43,614 nucleotides of DNA. Source: Chiloscyllium plagiosum (taxonomy: Eukaryota). Each line of letters begins with the position of its first letter. The stretch's first letter is position 1. A program made the position numbers and the translations under genes. Below, piece by piece: positions 36,025-43,614 of the stretch. The notes under the pieces are model-generated. The model had not been told where the DNA came from, searched no databases, and worked only from the letters and a program-made list of their open reading frames with translations. The DNA is taken from the NCBI RefSeq assembly GCF_004010195.1, contig NC_057718.1:99443112-99486725 (forward strand). The letters are read 5' to 3'.

Positions 36025-38375
36025 TTGCAGGGGATTCCAAATTTGCTAACCTTATCCGGGTTCACCTCAGTGTGAAAGGATTAGACAGGGTGGAATTTTT
36101 AAAGTGCACCCAGGAAAGTTTTTTTGTGCCAGTACATAGATAGTTTGATTGGAGACGGGACAATGCTAATCGTAGGGAATGAAGCTGGTCAAACGGTTGA
36201 AGTTTCAGTGAGCGAGCATTCTGGGAATAGTGATCATAACTCAGTAAGTTTCAAAGTCATTATGGAACAGGATAAGGATAGTGCAGAAACTGAGTGCCTA
36301 AACTGGGGGAAGGACAATTTCAATATCATCAGAGACTGGCAGCAGTTATTTGCAGTTAAGTCTACATTTGGAAAGTGGAAGTCTTTTAAAAATAATATCG
36401 CAAGAGTTCAGAGCCAGTCTAAGAGTGAAGGACAAGGGCAACAAATCCATGGAACCCTTGATGACAAAAGATATGAAGAGTTTGATTAAAAAAAAAAGAA
36501 GGAAACATATGTTAGGGATGCATCATTGAAAACAAGGGAGGACATTGCTGAGAAAGGAAATTGGGGGGGAAAGAGGAGAAATATCTTTGGTAGATAGGAT
36601 CAGGGAAAATCCTCCAAGGCTTTTTATAAGGATATTAAAAGTAAAAGGATTCCCAGGAAAATGTGTCCCTAACGAAGACCAAAAGGGTAATCTCTGCATG
36701 GAACGGGTGAGGTCTTAAATGAATATTTCTCATTTGTATTCACAGAGGAGAAAGACACTGTAGTTGGGATGGTGAGGTTCTATGACATGTTAAGATTAAT
36801 AAGGAGGAGGCATTAGAGGTCTTGGTGGATGTAAAAGTGATTAAATCCCCTGGGCCAAATGAGATGTATCCTAGGTGCTATGCAAGGCAGGAGTAGAGAT
36901 TGCTGGGATACCATGGGGTATTTAATATCCCTTCGGCCAGCGGTGAAGTGCCAGTTGACTGAAGGATAGCGCAAGTGGTTCCTTTGTTCAAGAACAGCAA
37001 CATGAATAGATAATTATAGACAAGTCAGTGGTAGAGAAATTATTGGAAGAAATTATGAAGATCAGGAATAATCAACATTTGGAAGGGCACATCATGATCA
37101 GGGACAGTCAGATGTTTTTGATTAATTTAATTGAGCTTTTTGGAAAAGGTGACAAAATAGTTGACATGGACTTCAGCGAGGGCTTTGACAAAGTGCCACA
37201 TCAAAGACTGGTCGAAAAGGTAAGTTGGCAACTGGATCCAAAACAGGTTTGCAAATAGGAGGCAGAAGGTGATGGTAGAGGGTTGCTTTTGTAATTGGAA
37301 GCCTGTGACTAGCAGTGTACCACAGGGATTGGTGTTGAGACCCTTGCTGATTGTTATGTACTTTAATGGTCTGGATGTGAATGTAGAAGGTATAATTAGT
37401 AAGTTTGCAGATGATACAATTGATGGTAGTGAGGAGGATGGTCTCAGACCACAATCTGATATTGATCAGCTGGTACATCAGGATTAGCAACGACAGATGG
37501 AATCTAATCCTGATAAGCGTGAGGTGATGCAATTTGGGAGGTCCACAAAGGGAAGAACATACATAATGAATGGTGGGTCTATCGGGAGCACTGAGAGCAA
37601 AGAGACCTTGGTGTACAAGTCCGTAGGTCCCTGAAGGTGTTAGCAAAGGCAGTCAGGGTGGTGGAGGTGGCATAAAGGATGTTTGCATTCATTAGCCACA
37701 GTGTAGAATATAGGAGCATGGAAGTCTTGTTATAGCTTTAAAAAATATTGGTTAGGCCACTGATGGAATACAGAATACCATGAACAGTTCTGGTTGCCAC
37801 ACCATTGGAAGGATGTGGCTGCACTGGAGAGGGTTCAGAGGAGATTCATCAGGATGTTGCCTGAGATGGAAAGTCTCAGCTATGAAGTGAGACTGGACTG
37901 GCTGCGTTTGTTTTCCTTACAGCAGAGCAGGCTGAGGGGAGGATCAGATTGAGGTATACAAAATCATGAGAGGCATAGACAAGATAGATTGTGATAATTT
38001 CTTCCCCATGGTAGACGTGTTTGTGACTAGAGGACTTAAGTGTAAGATGAGGAGTAAATGGTTTCGAGGAAATCTGAGAAATAAGAAAAATGAGCCAGAG
38101 GATGGTTGATATTTGGAATGAAAGGGTGGTGGAGGCAGGTATTTTCGCAACGTTTAAGAAACATCTGGATGAGCACTTATAATGTCAGGGCATAATGGGC
38201 TACTGACCAATGTCCAGATAAATGGGATTCGTGTTTATATCACAAATCATTCACATCCAAATTAGTGAGCCCAGGGTATATCGGTCATGAATGCTCTTTC
38301 TTTTCTTTTGAGCTGGTTGGCGTAGATATGGTGGGTCGAAGGCCTATTTCTACGCTGTACGACTCTATGTCTCAC
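36025..38375 (+). mobile_element. Long decayed CR1 LINE ORF2 (endonuclease end, RT, 3' tail)
   Basis: GNSDHNSVSF, KSPGP, DMDFSEGFDKVPH, SVPQGLVL, KFADDT and EVYKIMRG motifs with many stops and frameshifts. Confidence 0.92.
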
Positions 38376-38930
38376 TAGCCCTCCAGCCTTCTGTCTTGTC
38401 CTACAAAAGTGGTGAAGGAGTCAGTGTTCAACTATTCACAACAGCGTCCTGCGTTTCTGCATACCAGAGACGTACCTGCAGTGTTAAATAGTTCAGTGTT
38501 CAATTATGTCCATCTGGTTAAGTTAAGCCAGGTTGTGGAGATTTGAGGAACAGCACGAGAGAATACATTTTAATCCATTGAGTAAGATTCCTGCACACTT
38601 AAAACCTGGAAAGTAGGGTTTGTACATCTCTCTGAGAAATAAAGCAACACACACGTTAGAGCCATTTCTCTTAGAGCTGAGATGGTCATCTGTCATTGTC
38701 ATGATGGCAGGACAGTAGAGCCCAGTGGAACTTCAAGGATTACTGTCCTGATACTTCAAACAATTCCCTTGTTCACTCTGACTCCAATTTCATATCAGGT
38801 GTGAGATAACCAATGTTCATCGTGTTATTGAAATCAGTTCAAAAGTAGCAAGTGTTCCAAGACTGATCCCTGGGAAAATCCACTCAGCCCATCACCCTGG
38901 ACTCAGTCTTCCTCTCCCTCAACTGGTTCT

Positions 38931-39240
38931 TCATAGAATCCTGACGGTGTGGAAACAGGCCATTTGAGCCCACACCAAACCTCCAAAGAGCATCCCATCC
39001 CATCCAGGCCCATCCAATCCCTGAATTTCCCACCAAACCTGCACATCCCTGGACACTACGAGCAATTTGGCTCGGCCAATCCAACTAACCTGCACATCTT
39101 TGGAATGTGGGAGAAAACTGGAGCAACCCGGAGGAAACCCAACGTGCAAACTCCACACGAGAGTCGCCCAAGGCTGGAATCGAACTTGGGTCCGTGGCAC
39201 TGTGAGGCAGCAGTGCTAGCCACTGAGCCACTGTGCCACC
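38931..39240 (-). mobile_element. HE1 SINE (V-SINE)
   Basis: Reverse complement of the tRNA head GGTGGCACAGTGGCTCAGTGG, V domain and TTTCCACAC tail. Confidence 0.9.
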
Positions 39241-39485
39241 CAAGTCTTTCCACTTTTGAGGCACTCAGTGAGTGATCGGGTTGAAAATAGGAGTGAAGGT
39301 TCACTGGTGAGGAATTCGATCTGCCTGATTTCCCACATAGCGTGTGAACGATACAGGAATGACAGGGGCCCTTCCAGCTTCAACTCTTTAGAATTCATCG
39401 AAACGTCACATTATGTCACAGGAAAAGCTTAAATCATTAGCAATTCTATCAAAACTTTTCATGAGCCTTGCTGAGAAACATATAG

Positions 39486-39517
39486 CTGAAGGCATTTTGC
39501 CTTGCACTCATCAGGAC
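39486..39517 (-). ncRNA. Degenerate hammerhead-like motif (family E) in an old repeat remnant
   Basis: GUC-CUGAUGA-GU-GCAAG-GC-AAAA-UGCCUUC on the minus strand; GAAA is mutated. Confidence 0.4.
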
Positions 39518-39792
39518 GCACGCAAGAATACCAAATTTTCAACCATTATACCTCAAGAGAAAATGCTGCTAATTGGTCGGAAAATCAACTCTGATTGGCC
39601 AACTTGTTGCCGTGGAGTAAGCAATGGGAGGCCTTCTTATTGTGTCACATGCCTCATTTGGCATCAATTTCTGAGAATTGGCTCAGTGGACTTTCATTAC
39701 AATTCTTCTCCTCCAGTGTTGGAAATGATATAATAGCCTTGCACATCAGAAGTTCCTTACCTGTTGTGCTTCTCGAAGGAGGGGGGAGGGGC

Positions 39793-40624
39793 GGTGCTCC
39801 TTTTATTGAGCTTCTTGGATTGGGGGAGGTCGATCGCAGGTGAGGGATCGTGTTTCTGTAGGGGAAGGGGGTAAATGGGCAGGGAGGAGCGCAGCAATAC
39901 TCTGGGTTCACCCTCTGTAGGGAAATAGAACCAAGTGGCTAATGGAGTCTTAGGTTCATTGCCGACCCATTGGAGTCAGCCACTGACATTGCTCCAGCAG
40001 ACTCTATAGACAGAGGTAATCTGGCAGCCAGAGATAACCGGTTACTGTACAAACAGTCGTTTCCATACCTTCCCTCTTCCCACCACAAATATGCCATCAC
40101 CTTCAGCGAGTTCTGTGTTCGGATCAGCTACTTTGATTCCCTGCCAAAAGCAGCATCAGCTGCCACTCTGGGTTTCCTGCAGCAATTAATTCAGTGTCTA
40201 ACTATGATTGCCTCGGACATTATCGAGCTCCCACTTGGGATTACAGCATGAGCTAGGTTTAAAGTTTGGTAATGGCCCATCTTCAGCTTCTAGGTCAAGG
40301 GTCATGACCTGCCCTTTAGGCAGGAAACACACCAACAATACCGTTACCTCCCTGCTCCGAGTGGGGGAGGGGGGGAATGTCCAGGACACTCAGCAGAGGG
40401 GCTGAGTGGAGGTCCTAGATGGGGCATGGAGTAGTCAAACACTCTTCTTAAAGGCGGCCAATCCTTCTCTAAAAGGAGCAGCATTCGGGGTGCTCCTTTT
40501 ATTGGAGCCTATTGGATCGGGGGAGGTCGATTGTAGGCCGTAGGGGAAGGGGGTAAATGGGCAGGGGGGAGCGCAGCAATCCTCTGGGTTCACCCTCTGT
40601 AGAGAAATGGAACCAAATGGCTAA
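39793..40624. repeat. Pair of ~140-150 bp direct repeats (39793-39942 and 40489-40624)
   Basis: Both contain GGTGCTCCTTTTATTG...GTAGGGGAAGGGGGTAAATGGGCAGGG...TCTGGGTTCACCCTCTGTAG. Confidence 0.9.
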
Positions 40625-41134
40625 GGAAGCCTCTTGGAACTGAAATAGTCTCCATCTCACACAAGGTAGGTTTCAAGCTTAATCTATCAGAGGCTTCAAT
40701 ATTTGTGCAGTGCTAAAGACAGAACAGTCGAGTGCATATGTCTGGCCAGAAATGTAGGCTTTGTGGGGGGGCTGTGGGGATATCAGGGAGAGTTGACAGC
40801 CAGTATTGTAACTGAAAAAGTACACCATTCATGCTGTAGTGGACTGACCATTGATCTGTCCATTTTATCAACTTTGGGGCTACTATGCAGAGAAGGTTTG
40901 CTTGAAAGACTGAATAAAGAAAGATGCATGTTTAACAACTTGTTTCACTCCAGTAGGGGTCAGGTTGTATAACTCTAACCGTGTTCCTAAATCCAAGCCC
41001 TGAACCAAGTTGTCAGATCTTTCTTTAGGCTTTGCATAAGCTAATGGAGTGTAAGATTGGAAGTGAAAGAACTTTTCCAGTGAAGGTTGTGGATATGAGG
41101 ATCGCCGCCATGTTCCCCAGGCTAGGATGGTACA

Positions 41135-42020
41135 TCTTCCATTTATTCATTCGTAGGGCATAGGTATTACCCGTCCCTAGTTGCCCTTGAGAGGGTGGTG
41201 GTGAGCTGCCTTCTTGAACTGATGTAGTCCAGCTGCTCTGGGTTTGACCCAAAATACCATTAGGGATTCCAGGATTTTGATCCAGTGACAGTGAAGGAAG
41301 CCAATATATTTCTAAGTCAGGATAGTGAGGGGCTTAGAGAGGAACTTGCAGGTGGTAGTGTTCCCATGTCCTTGTCCTTCTAGGTGGAAGTGTTTGTGGA
41401 TTTGGAAGTTCTAGATACTAGAGGTCAAGGATTTAGAAGGCGTTGTCTAAGGAACCTTGGTGAATTTCTGCAGTACACCTTGAAGATGGTATACACTGCT
41501 GCTGCTGCTGTTAAGTATCAGTGGTGGAGGAGTAAATATTTGGAGGTAGAAAGGCTGAAGATTTGAGAGTAGGAAGAAGGGTCACTGGACTCAAAACATT
41601 AACTCTATTTTCTGTTCCCAAATGCTGCCAGATCTGCTGATTTCCTCCAGTAATTTCTGTTTGTTGAATGTTTGTGGATGTGGAGCGAATTAAGCGGGCT
41701 GCTTTGTCCAGGATTGTGTCGAGCTTCTTGAGTTTCGTTGGGGATGTCCCCGTTCAGGCAAGTGGGGAGTATTCCATCACATTCCTGACTTGTGCCTTGG
41801 AGATGGTGGGACAGGCTTTGGGGAGTCAGGAAGTGAATTACTCAGTGCAGACGTCCCTGCCTCTGACCTGCTCTTGGAGCCACTGTATTTATATGGCAAG
41901 TCCATTCAGTTTCTGGGAAATGGTAGCCCCCAGGCTGTTAACAGTTAATGATTCAGCAAAGGTAATTCCAGTGAACATTAAAGGATGAATTTAGACTCTA
42001 TCTTTTTGAGATGTAGTAAT
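41135..42020 (-). mobile_element. Old CR1-type LINE 3' fragment with a family C hammerhead remnant (41570-41665)
   Basis: Minus strand encodes KAQVRNVMEYSPLA...TKLKKLDTILDKAARLI; tail CCCTAGTTGCCCTTGAG. Confidence 0.8.
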
Positions 42021-42419
42021 TGTAATTCTTGAACTCAGTTAAGGGGGTAGGTGTCTGAAAGGGAATGATTCACTGAATATAATACATTCTCAGAAGGTGT
42101 GGCTGACTTCTATTAACCTTGCTTGTACAGGTACAATTTCCAACTAAATTGTTAAGCAATGGGCATTGGGATTAGTTCTCATGTCCTGGCAACTTCCTTG
42201 GTATGCCTCTCCTTTGATGTCAGGTTTGGTTCTCTTTATTGAATGATATTGGCTTCTGTTGTCACTCATGAATGTGGAGCACCCAGAGATCCGACCGCAG
42301 AGCTCTGGCTCTCACTAACATTCTTCAAGCCCCATGAAGTGCAGAAAACAATTTTAGCTGGCGTGGGCCTTTAAACTATTGTTATTTTAGTGGTTCCTTT
42401 GTCAGGATTGTCATCTAGG

Positions 42420-42880
42420 TCAATATTTATTGTCCACCCCTAGTTACCCTTGGCCTTCTTGAACCACTGCAGTCCATGTGCTGTAGGTAGACGCACAAAG
42501 CTGTTAGGGAGGGAGTTGCAGGATTTTGACCCAGTGACTGAAGAAATGGCAAGGGTGGCTGTGTAGTTCAGGAGGGAATCTGCAGGCTGTAGTGTTGCCA
42601 TGTATCTGTACCCATTGTGGTAAAGGACATGGGGTTTGGAAGGTGCTATTGAAGGAGTCTTGGCGTTGAAGGGAATCTTCTAGAAGGAACACACTGGTGT
42701 CATTGTGCATCAGTGATGGAGGGAGTGATTGTTGAAGGTGGTGGATGGGGGGGGGGGGAGATCAAGCATTGAACTGGATGGTGTTGAGCTTCTTGAGTGT
42801 TGTTGGAGCTGGCACCCTGAATGTGTCTTATAGATGGTGGACACACTTTGGGGAGCCAGGGGATGAGTTACTGTCTTCAA
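42420..42880 (-). mobile_element. Old CR1-type LINE 3' fragment (same family)
   Basis: CAGGATTTTGACCCAGTGAC and GAGCTTCTTGAGTGTTGTTGGAGCTG. Confidence 0.75.
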
Positions 42881-43156
42881 TCAGACAGTTCAAATCCCAG
42901 ACAAGTCCCAATGACCAGCATTCAGTTTGTTATCATTTCACGGAGATCAAAAACAGTACCATTGTGCTCAGCCTGACCTCAACCAATAACAACGATGGCC
43001 TCGCCATCTCTCTGCCTTCAGTCCTCAGTCACCTTTGGCCTTCCTACACTTCCTGGCACTTCCTTGTCCAGCAGGAGGTTGCATTGTGATCTCGCTGGGC
43101 AGAGTGACCATTCTGTTGTTTGGATACATGATGAATGAGATATTTCACTTTCACTT

Positions 43157-43325
43157 TGGCTCCAAGAGCAGGTCAGAGGCAGGGACGTCTGCACTGAGTA
43201 ATTCACTTCCTGACTCCCCAAAGCCTGTCCCACCATCTCCAAGGCACAAGTCAGGAATGTGATGGAATACTCCCCACTTGCCTGGACGGGGACATCCCCA
43301 ACAAAACTCAAGAAGCTCGACACAA
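43157..43325 (+). repeat. Near-identical inverted duplicate of 41714-41882
   Basis: 169 bp with two mismatches found by eye. Confidence 0.92.
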
Positions 43326-43420
43326 GAAGCTCTTGGCAAATCCTGAAACCAATTGCATGTTGCATTGAAAGATAAATTCTGATAAATGCTGATAAATTAA
43401 TTACTAATGGCCACCAGCAT

Positions 43421-43614
43421 GGGATGAAGTGGGGACAGCGACCAGGTGTCTGGGGTGGAGTCGGGACAGTGACCAGGGGTCTGGGACGGAGTGAGGACAG
43501 TGACCAGGGGTCTGGGGTGGAGTTGGGACAGTGACCAGGGGTCTGTGATGGAGTGTGGACAGTGACGAGGGGGCTGGGGCGGAGTGAGGACAGTGAGCAG
43601 GGGGCTGTGATGGA
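43421..43614. repeat. 31-bp G-rich minisatellite, at least 6 copies, runs off the window
   Basis: GGACAG recurs at 43433, 43464, 43495, 43526, 43557 and 43588. Confidence 0.95.

Noticed and set aside
43421..43614. CRISPR-like periodicity
   Set aside because: Contiguous tandem units without unique spacers, in eukaryotic DNA.

Overview
Repeat-dominated vertebrate genomic DNA, intronic or intergenic in character. The repeat set (HE1/V-SINEs, HER1-type CR1 LINEs, a SacSINE1-like DeuSINE) points to a shark; the species is inference. No complete host gene is recognisable, only a few weak candidate micro-exons. The window holds decayed CR1, L2, RTE, Rex1/Babar, Tx1 and Penelope (GIY-YIG) retroelements, Tc2/pogo- and Tigger-like DNA transposon remnants, LTR-like remnants, a 2.5 kb (CA)-rich satellite with an N gap, and a 31-bp minisatellite. 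The most notable signal is a dense set of short, mostly palindromic, non-coding insertions carrying minimal hammerhead-ribozyme cores (CUGANGA-stem-GAAA) in about five sequence families, several with 14-16 bp target-site duplications. One such insertion carries about 180 bp of flanking DNA from a donor locus 4.3 kb away, and another contains an inverted copy of its own target site. Two further local templated duplications and a Tx1 LINE inserted inside a DNA-transposon terminal repeat are also visible. All family assignments come from motif recognition by eye; boundaries are approximate.
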